From NCBI GenBank assembly GCA_016875315.1, contig VGRQ01000001.1, forward strand, positions 1 through 51,982: 51,982 nucleotides of DNA. The letters run 5' to 3'. The notes beneath the pieces were generated by a model. That model saw only the letters and a list, made by a program, of their open reading frames with translations, made no database searches and had not been told where the DNA came from. Source of the DNA: Deltaproteobacteria bacterium. GTDB lineage: Bacteria; Myxococcota_A; UBA796; SXON01. Shown here one piece after another: positions 19,259 to 27,673 of the stretch (position 1 is its first letter; each line of letters starts with the position of its first letter). Both the position numbers and the translations under genes were made by a program.

Positions 19259-20254
19259 CTACCGGCGCTCTTCCACTCGCCCGTCGGCGTGGCGCGCGAA
19301 GCGGCCCTGCTCGCGGGGGTGCACCGGGTCGGGCCGCGCGAAGGGCCAGCCGCCGAAGCGGGTCCGCTGGTAGTCCGCGTAGGCCTGGTGGATCTCGCTC
19401 GCCGTGTTCATCACGAAGGGACCGTGTGCCGCCACTGGCTCGCCGATGGGCTGCCCCTGGAGGACGAGCACCTCCGCACCGGCGGCGGCGCTGAGTGTGG
19501 TCGCGACATCCGCGCGCAAAGCGAGCAGCTGTCCCGGGGCGACCGCCTGCCCGTTCACCTCGATGACGCCTTGCCAGGCGTAGAGCGCACGGTTGATATC
19601 GGGTCGCGACAGCGCCAGCTCGACCCGGCCACCGGGAGCAAGGGCGATGGTCCAGATGCCGACCTCGTGTGCCGGGTCGGCCGCCCAGGAGTCGGGCGGG
19701 GTCCCCGGGCCGGTGATGCCGTCGAAGCGTCCCGCCACCACCGTCACCCGGGCGCCCTCGCGCTCGATCACCGGGATGCTGTCGGCCCAGAGCATGGTGA
19801 AGTAGGGGGCGACCATCTTCGACTCCCGCGGGAGATTCAGCCAGATCTGGAACAACTCCGCGTGGTTGTCGCCGTCGCGGCGCAACAGGGGGAACATCTC
19901 GCTGTGTACCACCCCCCGCCCGGCCGTCATCCACTGCACGTCGCCGTCGCCGAAGCGCGCGGTGGCGCCCAGCGAGTCGCTGTGGTCGATGCGGCCTCGC
20001 CGCGCCAGCGTGACAGTCTCGAAGCCGCGATGCGGGTGCGCGGGGAACCCAGGCACGTCGCGACCGTGGTACATGCTCCAGCCGTCGCGACTCGAGAAGT
20101 CGGATCCGATGTGGCGACCGGCGAGCGAGGACGCGGGCCCCATCTGGTCGTTGCCCGCCGGGTAGCGGTCGTCGTGGTGCACGCAGAAGAGGAAGGGGTC
20201 GAGCGTGGGCCACGGGGGCGACCGCAGCGGCGCCACCTGTCGGATGGGGTTCAT
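19259..20254 (-). CDS. pirin family protein (bicupin)
   Basis: 331 aa. GFPAHPHRGFETVTLARRG...DSLG...GDVQWMTAGRGVVHSEMF is the pirin N-terminal cupin metal site. GPFVMNTASEIHQAYADYQ is the C-terminal pirin motif. Confidence 0.9.
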   Translation of the reverse strand: MNPIRQVAPLRSPPWPTLDPFLFCVHHDDRYPAGNDQMGPASSLAGRHIGSDFSSRDGWSMYHGRDVPGFPAHPHRGFETVTLARRGRIDHSDSLGATARFGDGDVQWMTAGRGVVHSEMFPLLRRDGDNHAELFQIWLNLPRESKMVAPYFTMLWADSIPVIEREGARVTVVAGRFDGITGPGTPPDSWAADPAHEVGIWTIALAPGGRVELALSRPDINRALYAWQGVIEVNGQAVAPGQLLALRADVATTLSAAAGAEVLVLQGQPIGEPVAAHGPFVMNTASEIHQAYADYQRTRFGGWPFARPDPVHPREQGRFARHADGRVEERR

Positions 20255-20276
20255 GCGGCCAAGCTAAACGCGCGGG

Positions 20277-21701
20277 CTACGGGAACTCGTTCTCGGCGAG
20301 CAGGCCGTAGTGCATCACGCACATCTCGTCGAAGGCCTTGTCGCCCACGGTGACGTCGAAGGGCTCGGCGAAGCCGTCCTTGACCAGCGCGTCGCGAAGG
20401 CGGTCGTTGTCGAGGGTGTTGTCGTAGTGGCAGGTGATCTCGATCTGGTCGTCTGGCGACAGCGTGGGGAGCTCGTCGATGGGCGCGTCGTAGAGGTAGG
20501 TCTGCTGCCACGCCGAGTCGAAGCGCTCGATGTGCGAGAGGCACTGGGTTTCACCCTCCACGTTGTGGAGGTCCATCCGGATGTCGAGGCCCGCGTAGTG
20601 CATGTGGGGGAAGACGCCCCAGATCGGGTACTCGTTCTCGGAGAAGCCATCGTCGCGGTCTTGCTGGCCCCAGGTTTCCAGCCACACTTCCTCGTGGTTG
20701 TACTTGCCCGAGGGGATGCCGAAGTGGCCGTCGGACCAGCCGCCGCGGTAGGCCACGGGGCTCCAGTTCACCTCGGTGGCGTGGGCGCCGCCGAAGCGGT
20801 CCATCCACACCCGGTAGCGGGGCTTCTGGTCGAGCCAGCGCACCGCGATCGAGGTGTTGTCGTACTGGGCCTCGTCGGCCTGGTGGTAGTGGAAGGTGAG
20901 GATGATCCGTTCGTTCGGCTGGACGGTGAGCCCCGAGTTGGGCGGGAAGTACATGGGACCGGTGTTGGTGATCCACGTGAACAACAGGCGGGTGTCGGGG
21001 ATCTCCTGCGTGGGGCAGCTGTTCACCCCGTTGCTGCCGTCGGCGGGCGCGGTGACGCCCGTGGGGTCGGAGGCCACGATGATGTGGTGGATCATGTTCC
21101 CCGGGTCGGGGATGATCTGCAGGGCGTCGATGTAGCCCTCGACCCCCTGGCCAAGAGGGAAGCTGAAACACAGGTTGTAGTCGAGGGAGTCGGGGTCGCC
21201 GGGGATCTCGGCCTCGGGACCGGGCAGGAACTCGACGTTGTCGCCGGACAGCATCGGCGGGGGGACGGGGGTGACGTCGACCGCGGTGGCCTCGTCGCCG
21301 AGCTGCATGCCGCCGGTGAGCCAGCGGCGCACCGTGTCGATGTCCTCGTCGGAGAGCCGCGGGTCGTCGAGCCAGGGGGCAGGCGGTGCGCACGTCTTGG
21401 AGTCGGGACTGGGCCAGGGTGGCATGACGTAGGGCGCGTGATCGTCGCCCACCATCTTCTCGAGCGACAGCTTCCCGTAGGCGCCGAACTGCTCGGGGTT
21501 GCCGAGCACGATGGGGTTGTAGCCCTCCTGGTGACACGCCGTGCAGTTTTCCGCGACAATCGGCCGCACGTCCTGGAACCAGGTGGGGGCGGCTTCGCTG
21601 CCGAGGCTGGAGTCGGCGCCATCGGCCGCGCAGGCGGCCAAGGTTGTAAGCAGCAAGGCGGACGCGAGGCGTACGACGGCGAACATGGGCGGGAGCGACA
21701 T
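20277..21701 (-). CDS. lipoprotein: N-terminal CxxCH (planctomycete-type cytochrome c) module fused to a PHM/DBH-type copper type II monooxygenase-like domain
   Basis: Track ORF 20277..21737. Likely start at the ATG at 21701 (MSLPPMFAVVRLASALLLTTLAAC lipobox) or at 21686. FQDVRPIVAENCTACHQEG is a heme-c motif. The His/Met pattern is NMIHHIIVA, ILTFHYHQ, FPHMHYAG (fits H-x-H-x2-G) and DEMCVMHYG (the E-M-C Met ligand region of PHM/DBH). Confidence 0.6.
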   Translation of the reverse strand: MSLPPMFAVVRLASALLLTTLAACAADGADSSLGSEAAPTWFQDVRPIVAENCTACHQEGYNPIVLGNPEQFGAYGKLSLEKMVGDDHAPYVMPPWPSPDSKTCAPPAPWLDDPRLSDEDIDTVRRWLTGGMQLGDEATAVDVTPVPPPMLSGDNVEFLPGPEAEIPGDPDSLDYNLCFSFPLGQGVEGYIDALQIIPDPGNMIHHIIVASDPTGVTAPADGSNGVNSCPTQEIPDTRLLFTWITNTGPMYFPPNSGLTVQPNERIILTFHYHQADEAQYDNTSIAVRWLDQKPRYRVWMDRFGGAHATEVNWSPVAYRGGWSDGHFGIPSGKYNHEEVWLETWGQQDRDDGFSENEYPIWGVFPHMHYAGLDIRMDLHNVEGETQCLSHIERFDSAWQQTYLYDAPIDELPTLSPDDQIEITCHYDNTLDNDRLRDALVKDGFAEPFDVTVGDKAFDEMCVMHYGLLAENEFP

Positions 21702-21840
21702 TAGCCCCACATCTGGAGGTCGGCAAGTGACGGGCATTGTTCCTCGGTCAAGCTACCGATATCGAGTCGGGCGAGGCGTGCTCCCGCGCCGCCCGCGATC
21801 CCCGCGCTTTCTGTCCCGACGCGGAGTATGATCGGCGCCC

Positions 21841-23427
21841 ATGTCGAATCCCCTGGCGGAGCAACCGAGGCTCCACCTGCACGTGAGCGAGGTCCTGCGC
21901 CGCCAAGCGGCGGAGGCGGTCCACCTCGCTCGCGACGTGCGACGCGACCCCGACCTGCTCGACGCGCTCGAGGGAATGGTGGCCCGCGTGCGCGACACCG
22001 CCAGGACGCTGGGCTTGTCTCACGTGGAGCGGGCGGCGCTGCGGGCGCTGCGGGGCCTCTCGTCACCCGAGCGCGACGAGATCCTAGAGGAACTGCTCGA
22101 CACGTGCACGGGCGGGCTGCGCACCACGGCGCTCCTCCGGCCGATCGTCGCCGTGGGCACGCGCGACAACACAACTGCGCTGCGAGCCAGCGCCGCCGTG
22201 CTGGCCACCGCCATCCGGGTGGTGCCCGACGTCGCCACCGCCATCCACACCGCCATGGCCGACGATGCAGGCGCCGTCGTGGCCCCGGTGTCGGCCGTCC
22301 CCGAGCTCGCGAGCCACTGCCGCGCCGCGCTGCGCGACCGCTTGCTGCTGGTGTATGGGCCCGACAACGACATCGGCGCTCGCCTCCAGGCGGCGCGCAT
22401 CGGCGCCGTCCAGTACCTGCCCGAGCCCCTCGACCTGCGGGCGGCGCTGCGCGAGGTCCGCGGGCGCATCGCCGCGTGGCGCACCAGCGCGTGGCGGGTA
22501 CTCGTGGGGGATCGCACGGAGGAACGCGCCCAGTGCCTCGCTGCCGCCATCGGCTCCGAGGAGATCGCGACGCTCACGGCGGTGGGGGGCTTCAAGCTGC
22601 TGGAGGCGATCGAGCGCCACTCGCCCGACCTCCTCGTGATCGGTCTCCCCATGGACGGCATCCCCGGCCCGGACCTGGCGGCCATGTTGCGCACCCACCA
22701 GCGTTACTCGGCCTTGCCGCGCATCTTCGTGCGCGACCCCGACGCGCCGCCGCCGCCCATTGCCGGTGGTCACGGGGTGATCGATCGCGACGTGCGCCCC
22801 GAGGTGTTCCGCGCGCGCGTGTTCGGCCTGCTCGACGAGCGGCGCCGGGAGCGCGCCATGCGCGAGCACGACGAGCTCACCGGTAGCCTTAGCCAGGGGG
22901 CCATCCTCAACGCGGCCGACCGCGAGGTGGCCCTCGCGCGGCGGCGGGGCGACGCGCTCGTTGCGGTGCGCTTCGAGCTCGACGAGCCGCTTGAGCTCGC
23001 CCGGCGCGCGGGCGCGATTGCCACCGACGGCGCCATGCGCCTGCTCGCGCGCACCGTCGGCGTGTGCGTGCGCGACACCGACAGCGTGGGCCTCATCGGG
23101 TCGTATGGCTTCCTGCTCCTCATGCCGGGCTTCTCGCTGGCCCTCGCCCGGGAGCGCGTGGACGGCATCCGGCGCCGCTTCGGCCTCCAGGTGGCCGCCG
23201 ACGAGCGCATCGCGGGCGCGGGCTTCAGCGTGGGCATGGCCGAGGGCCCCGACGACTTGCTCCTGCGCGCCGAGCGGCAGTTGCTCAAGGCGAGGGGCCT
23301 GGTCGACCGGCCGCCGGAGGCCGACCCGTTCCACGTGCTTCTCGGGGGCAAGGAGGAGTCGGGTGCGCGGCGCGCCGAGGCACCCCCGCTGGCGCTCGCC
23401 GCCAGCGTCTTCACCGGCGACGACTAG
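21841..23427 (+). CDS. response-regulator-like protein with a degenerate GGDEF output domain
   Basis: 528 aa. Receiver-like segment RVLVGDRTEERAQCLAAAIGSEEI...PDLLVIGLPMDGIPGPDLAAML. Then HDELTGSLSQGAILNAADREVALARRRGDALVAVRFELD is a typical GGDEF-domain start. The signature position reads IGSYGFLLL instead of GGDEF/GGEEF. Confidence 0.65.
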   Translation: MSNPLAEQPRLHLHVSEVLRRQAAEAVHLARDVRRDPDLLDALEGMVARVRDTARTLGLSHVERAALRALRGLSSPERDEILEELLDTCTGGLRTTALLRPIVAVGTRDNTTALRASAAVLATAIRVVPDVATAIHTAMADDAGAVVAPVSAVPELASHCRAALRDRLLLVYGPDNDIGARLQAARIGAVQYLPEPLDLRAALREVRGRIAAWRTSAWRVLVGDRTEERAQCLAAAIGSEEIATLTAVGGFKLLEAIERHSPDLLVIGLPMDGIPGPDLAAMLRTHQRYSALPRIFVRDPDAPPPPIAGGHGVIDRDVRPEVFRARVFGLLDERRRERAMREHDELTGSLSQGAILNAADREVALARRRGDALVAVRFELDEPLELARRAGAIATDGAMRLLARTVGVCVRDTDSVGLIGSYGFLLLMPGFSLALARERVDGIRRRFGLQVAADERIAGAGFSVGMAEGPDDLLLRAERQLLKARGLVDRPPEADPFHVLLGGKEESGARRAEAPPLALAASVFTGDD

Positions 23428-23432
23428 CAGCC

Positions 23433-23819
23433 CTACATCAACTCGGCGGCCTTCACCCTCACCGAGCCCTTCACCAGCTCGGCGCGACAGGCCAGGCGCA
23501 TGGTGCTGGGGAAGCCGTTTTCCTTGAGAGTGGCCCGCTCCCGGGGCGACTGCTCGGCGATGCCCTCGGCGCCGTCCAGGACCTCGACCCGGCAGGTGCC
23601 GCAGCTCGCCTCCGAGCAGCCGGTGGCGATGGGGCGCTTGAAGCGACTGGTGCCGCCGACGATGGTGGTGCCCACGTCGACCTCGGACGACTGCTCGCTG
23701 CCGTCGGGGCCGACCACGACGAGCTGGACCTTGGGAACTTCCTCCCGGGGCGCGGCGGCCTGGTCGCCGAGGCCGAGCAACTTCTTGAGGCGACGGCGGA
23801 GACCGAGTGGCGAGGGCAT
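23433..23819 (-). CDS. 2Fe-2S ferredoxin-like protein
   Basis: Start moved to the ATG at 23819 (MPSPLGLRRRLKKLL...) within track ORF 23433..24050. Plant-type cluster pattern CSEASCGTCRVEV...LACRA (C-x4-C-x2-C...C). Confidence 0.7.
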   Translation of the reverse strand: MPSPLGLRRRLKKLLGLGDQAAAPREEVPKVQLVVVGPDGSEQSSEVDVGTTIVGGTSRFKRPIATGCSEASCGTCRVEVLDGAEGIAEQSPRERATLKENGFPSTMRLACRAELVKGSVRVKAAELM

Positions 23820-23901
23820 GGGACGCTCCGGGGTGGGCTTGGGGCGGCGGCGCGTAACGCAGGCGCGCTGCCCAGCCTGTTGCCCGCGATACTCGCCGTC
23901 G

Positions 23902-24333
23902 ATGATCGACTGGGTGGAGCTGGCGCGGTCCATGCACGGGCACGCGGGCGTGCTCGCGGCGGCGGCGCTGCTGCACCCGGTGGTCTTCCTCCGGCCGGGA
24001 CGCCCCCTGTCGAGGCCCCAGCGCTGGGCCGTGGGCGCGGGCGCGGGCATGCTGGCCGCGGTGTACGCCTCCGGCCTCGCGCTGTACCCCGGCTACCGGG
24101 AGCGAGAACGTCCCGCGTTGATGCAGCAGGACTTCCCCCTCGCCCTCTGGTTCGAGCGCAAGGAACACCTCGCGTTCGTTGCCGTGGTGCTCGCGGGCAC
24201 CGCCGCGTTGATGGTGCTCTCGCGTCGCGACGGCAGCCACAACCGTGTCGCTCGCTGGATGCTCGGGGTGTCGGCGGCGCTGGTGCTCGTCGTGGCGGCG
24301 GTGGGCAGCGTGGTGGGGGTCTGGACTCGCTAG
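23902..24333 (+). CDS. hypothetical integral membrane protein
   Basis: ATG at 23902 in frame with track ORF 23500..24333. 143 aa with about 4 hydrophobic helices: MIDWVELARSMHGHAGVLAAAALLHPVVF..., MLAAVYASGLALY, LAFVAVVLAGTAALMVL, MLGVSAALVLVVAAVGSVVGV. Confidence 0.45.
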   Translation: MIDWVELARSMHGHAGVLAAAALLHPVVFLRPGRPLSRPQRWAVGAGAGMLAAVYASGLALYPGYRERERPALMQQDFPLALWFERKEHLAFVAVVLAGTAALMVLSRRDGSHNRVARWMLGVSAALVLVVAAVGSVVGVWTR

Positions 24334-25082
24334 AGCTGGAGCAGCGCCCAGGCGTAGAGCGCGAGGGTCAGCGCGCGGGCGGCCCAGCGAGCGAGGTCGC
24401 CCGACTCGCCATGGTCGGTCACCCGGTTGCCGTACGCCGCGCCGAGGACGAGGCCCCCGAGCAAGCCACCGACGTGGGCGCCGTTGTCGATGAAGGGGAG
24501 CACCACGCCCAGCGCGAGGTTCCCCGCCACCCACGGCCACAACAGCGGTCCAAACCAGCGCCGGGTGTGAGGCGAGAGGCGCCCGCCCCAGCGCCAGCCG
24601 AAGGCCACCATCGCGCCGAGGAAGCCGAAGGCGCCTCCGCTCGCCCCCACCGTCACCTCGCCGCCGCCGATCATCGAGCCGATCCCGCCCGTGATGGTGG
24701 AGAAGGCGAAGAGCATCAACACCCGGGTGGGCCCGTAAACCGCCTCGAGGACCTCGCCGATCGCCCAGAGGGCGGCGACGTTCATCGCGAGGTGCCCCGC
24801 GTTCCAGTGAAGGAAACCGTAGCGCAAGAGACGGTAGTACTCGCCGTCGTGCACCAGGTCGCCGGTGCGCGCCCCGAGATCGCCCATGAGTTCGCGGGTG
24901 CGGTTCCAGGCCAGTGCCTTCCACCACGGCTGCCCGCGACCGAAGTCAGCCACGCAACTATAGGCATAGAAGCCCACGAGGAAGAGGCAGAGGCCCACCG
25001 TCGCGAGCGGGCGGTCGCGCAGGTAGAAGTCGAGGCGCTTCTCCGCCCGCTCCCAGCTCCGCTCCTCCTGGGGCGTTGCCAC
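24330..25082 (-). CDS. rhomboid family intramembrane serine protease
   Basis: This is the last 250 codons of track ORF 24330..28346. The GTG start at 25082 shares its G with the upstream gene's TAG (TAGTG). Motifs: YRLLRYGFLHWNAGHLAMN, VGASGGAFGFLGA (catalytic GxSG) and NGAHVGGLLGG (catalytic His). Confidence 0.85.
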   Translation of the reverse strand: MATPQEERSWERAEKRLDFYLRDRPLATVGLCLFLVGFYAYSCVADFGRGQPWWKALAWNRTRELMGDLGARTGDLVHDGEYYRLLRYGFLHWNAGHLAMNVAALWAIGEVLEAVYGPTRVLMLFAFSTITGGIGSMIGGGEVTVGASGGAFGFLGAMVAFGWRWGGRLSPHTRRWFGPLLWPWVAGNLALGVVLPFIDNGAHVGGLLGGLVLGAAYGNRVTDHGESGDLARWAARALTLALYAWALLQL

Positions 25083-26602
25083 TAGCGCACCTCGTAGAGC
25101 GTGGCGGCCGCCAGCGGGCCGTGGCCGAGCGCCACCGGGAGCGGCCCGAGGGTCTCGGCGTAGAGGCCCGCGCCGGCGCGCACGTCCACCACGCGGAGCG
25201 GGAAGCGGCTGGTCGACACCACGCGGGCCATCGGCTCCCAGGCGGCGGGCACCGCGCCCCCCGACTGCTCGTCGACGGCCACGAGGGTGCCGGGCGTGGG
25301 CTCGTCTACCCGGGAGGCGCCGGCCGCTTCCATCGCGTGACGGAAGGTCCACTCCCCCCGGAACAGCGAGGCGCGGTGCTGCTCGATCATCCCGGTGGCG
25401 ACCTCCGCCGAGGCCCGCGCGTAGGCCCAGTCGGCGGCCACGGTGGCCAGCCCGAGTGCCCCGGCGAGGCCGGTGGCCACGGCCAGGGCGCGCTTGCCGT
25501 GGGCCACCTCCTCGGCGGAACGGGCGGCGAGGATGGCCACCGGCACGGCGGCGGGGAGGAGGTAGCGGGCCGAGGCGTAGTTGTGGACCCCGACCACGCC
25601 GAGGACGACGGCGATGACGACGCTGCCGAGCATGAAGGAATCGAGACGGTCTCCCTTGCGACGGCGGGTGACGGGCGAGACGCAGGCGAGCGCCGCGCGC
25701 GACAGGGCGGTGCCGCCGAGCGCGGCGAACACCAGCAGGGCGAGGGCCCCGCTGGCGTCGAGGCCCCCGGGGCGCACCCAGAGCAGCGCCGCCAGGCCGA
25801 GGGCGGTGCCCGCCACGAGGTGGACGGGCGCGGCCAGCGCGAGGCCGAGGCAGGTGGGCAGCAGCGCGAGGCGCGCGAGCGTGCCCAGCGCCCGCCCCTC
25901 CAGGGGTCCGCTTGCGATGATGTCGCGACTCTCCCAGGCCACGAGCGGGTGAAAGGCGCCGTGCTGCACGTAGATCGCACCCTCGATGGCCGCGGGCAGG
26001 GCGATCAGGGGCAGGAACAGGGCCGCGGCGTGGCGCGGCGACAACCGGATGCGAAAGGCGTGGATCGCGACCACCCCGGCCACCAGTACCGCCGGGTACT
26101 TGGTCTCGATGGCCGCGCCGAGAGCGAGGCCGGCGACCGCATAGATCCCGCCGGCGTTGTCGCGAGACAAGGCCTCTCGGTAGGCAGCGAGACCGGCAGT
26201 GGCCAGCGCCACCATCGGCAGGTCGATCATCAGGCTGTCTTGCAGGCCGAGCAGCACCGTCGATGACGCGAGCCAGGCGGCCGCGGCGTACCCGGGGTGC
26301 TTGCACGCGCGCGCCATCCACGTGGCGGCGGCCCAGGCGTAGAGCGCCACCCAGCCGAGCGCAGGCAGGCGGCCGCCGAGGCCGAGAGGCGAGATCAGCT
26401 TCATCCACCACAGGTGGAGCGGCGGGTGGGCGTAGAGGAAGCCGTCGCCCCCCTGCCAGGACCGCGTCCAGGCATAGGGGTCGGCCCAGCCCACCGTCCG
26501 CCCGAGCCAGAGGTAGGACTCCTCGTCCACCACCGGTGGTTTCGGCAGCGCCATCGCCGCCACGGCCACGGCCGCGAGCACCACGCGGAGGGTGAAGCTC
26601 AC
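25082..26602 (-). CDS. GT-C fold glycosyltransferase (ArnT/PMT, GT39/GT83-like)
   Basis: 506 aa, polytopic. The first loop has VVDEESYLWLG (DE motif of ArnT/PMT-type enzymes). There are many TM helices and a soluble C-terminal domain. Confidence 0.7.
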   Translation of the reverse strand: MSFTLRVVLAAVAVAAMALPKPPVVDEESYLWLGRTVGWADPYAWTRSWQGGDGFLYAHPPLHLWWMKLISPLGLGGRLPALGWVALYAWAAATWMARACKHPGYAAAAWLASSTVLLGLQDSLMIDLPMVALATAGLAAYREALSRDNAGGIYAVAGLALGAAIETKYPAVLVAGVVAIHAFRIRLSPRHAAALFLPLIALPAAIEGAIYVQHGAFHPLVAWESRDIIASGPLEGRALGTLARLALLPTCLGLALAAPVHLVAGTALGLAALLWVRPGGLDASGALALLVFAALGGTALSRAALACVSPVTRRRKGDRLDSFMLGSVVIAVVLGVVGVHNYASARYLLPAAVPVAILAARSAEEVAHGKRALAVATGLAGALGLATVAADWAYARASAEVATGMIEQHRASLFRGEWTFRHAMEAAGASRVDEPTPGTLVAVDEQSGGAVPAAWEPMARVVSTSRFPLRVVDVRAGAGLYAETLGPLPVALGHGPLAAATLYEVR

Positions 26603-26605
26603 GGC

Positions 26606-27664
26606 CTAGCCAACGAGAAAACGCTCGAACTGGAGGTAGCTCTCCTCGATGAGCGCCACCTCGGCGTACTCCCCGGCCTGGTGGGCCTGTGCCGCGAGGC
26701 CCGGCCCGAGGTTCACCGCGTCGATTCCCCGCGCGGTGAGTCGCGCCACGTCGGTCCACGCCTGCTTGGCCGCCACCGCATTGCCGTTGCGGGCGAGAAA
26801 CTCGCGCAGGAGCGGGTTCTCGGTGACCACCCGGCCGCTGGGCGCTGCCTCCACCACTTCGATCTCGGCCTCGCCCACCAGGGCGCGGACCTCGTCGATG
26901 GCCTCGTCGATCTCGCGCCCGGGGGCGAAGCGGAAGTTGAGGTTGAGCGAGAAGTGGTCGGGGATCACGTTGCGGGTGTTGCCCCCCTGCGCGAGCGTGG
27001 CGGAGAGCACCTCGCGAAAGGTGAAGCCGTCGATCGCGACGTCGCGCGGAGGTCGCGACGCGAGGTGCGAGAGCAGCGGCGCCGCCTTGTGTATGGCGTT
27101 GTCGCCTTGCCACGGCCGGGCCGAGTGCGCGGCGCGGCCACGGTAGGTCACCCGCAAGTGCAGCGTGCCGAGGCACCCGACTTGCACCACGTTGTCGCTC
27201 GGCTCGAGGCAGAAGGCGAGGTCGGCGCGGCCGAGCCAACCCACCTGGTCGAGCACCGGGCCGAGGCCGCTGTCGACCCACGGTCCCTCCTCCCGGTCGT
27301 AGAACACCAGGCCGAGGTCGAAGCGGGCGCGCGCGGCGACGGCGACGGCGATCTCCAGCATCACGGCGAGGCCGCCCTTCATGTCGCTGGCGCCCACGCC
27401 CCGCACGCGGCCACCCTCGATGCGCGGTGGACCGTCGCCCGGCCGCGGCGGCACCGTGTCGGTGTGGCCCACCAGCAGCACCAGCGGGCGACCCCGTTGC
27501 GGCGTGCGCGCCATCACGCTGTTGCCGAGTCGCGACACGCCGAGCCCGGTGTCGCGCAGTTGCGCCTCGACGAGGTCGGCGCAGGCGGCCTCGTCGCCGG
27601 TGACGCTCGGCACGCGGCACAGCTCGAGCGTGCGCCGGGCGATCCGCTCCCTGAGCGTCGTCAT
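26606..27664 (-). CDS. dapE: succinyl-diaminopimelate desuccinylase-like M20 metallopeptidase
   Basis: 352 aa. LVLLVGHTDTVP, RGVGASDMKGGLAVML and FYDREEG are M20 motifs. It lies 9 nt downstream of dapD. Confidence 0.8.
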   Translation of the reverse strand: MTTLRERIARRTLELCRVPSVTGDEAACADLVEAQLRDTGLGVSRLGNSVMARTPQRGRPLVLLVGHTDTVPPRPGDGPPRIEGGRVRGVGASDMKGGLAVMLEIAVAVAARARFDLGLVFYDREEGPWVDSGLGPVLDQVGWLGRADLAFCLEPSDNVVQVGCLGTLHLRVTYRGRAAHSARPWQGDNAIHKAAPLLSHLASRPPRDVAIDGFTFREVLSATLAQGGNTRNVIPDHFSLNLNFRFAPGREIDEAIDEVRALVGEAEIEVVEAAPSGRVVTENPLLREFLARNGNAVAAKQAWTDVARLTARGIDAVNLGPGLAAQAHQAGEYAEVALIEESYLQFERFLVG

Positions 27665-27673
27665 GGCGCCTTC

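Noticed and set aside
22084-24927. 947-aa minus-strand ORF and 673-aa plus-strand ORF (23064..25085)
   Set aside because: These are shadow frames spanning four differently oriented real genes. Their composition is dominated by Arg/Gly/Ala/Pro/His.
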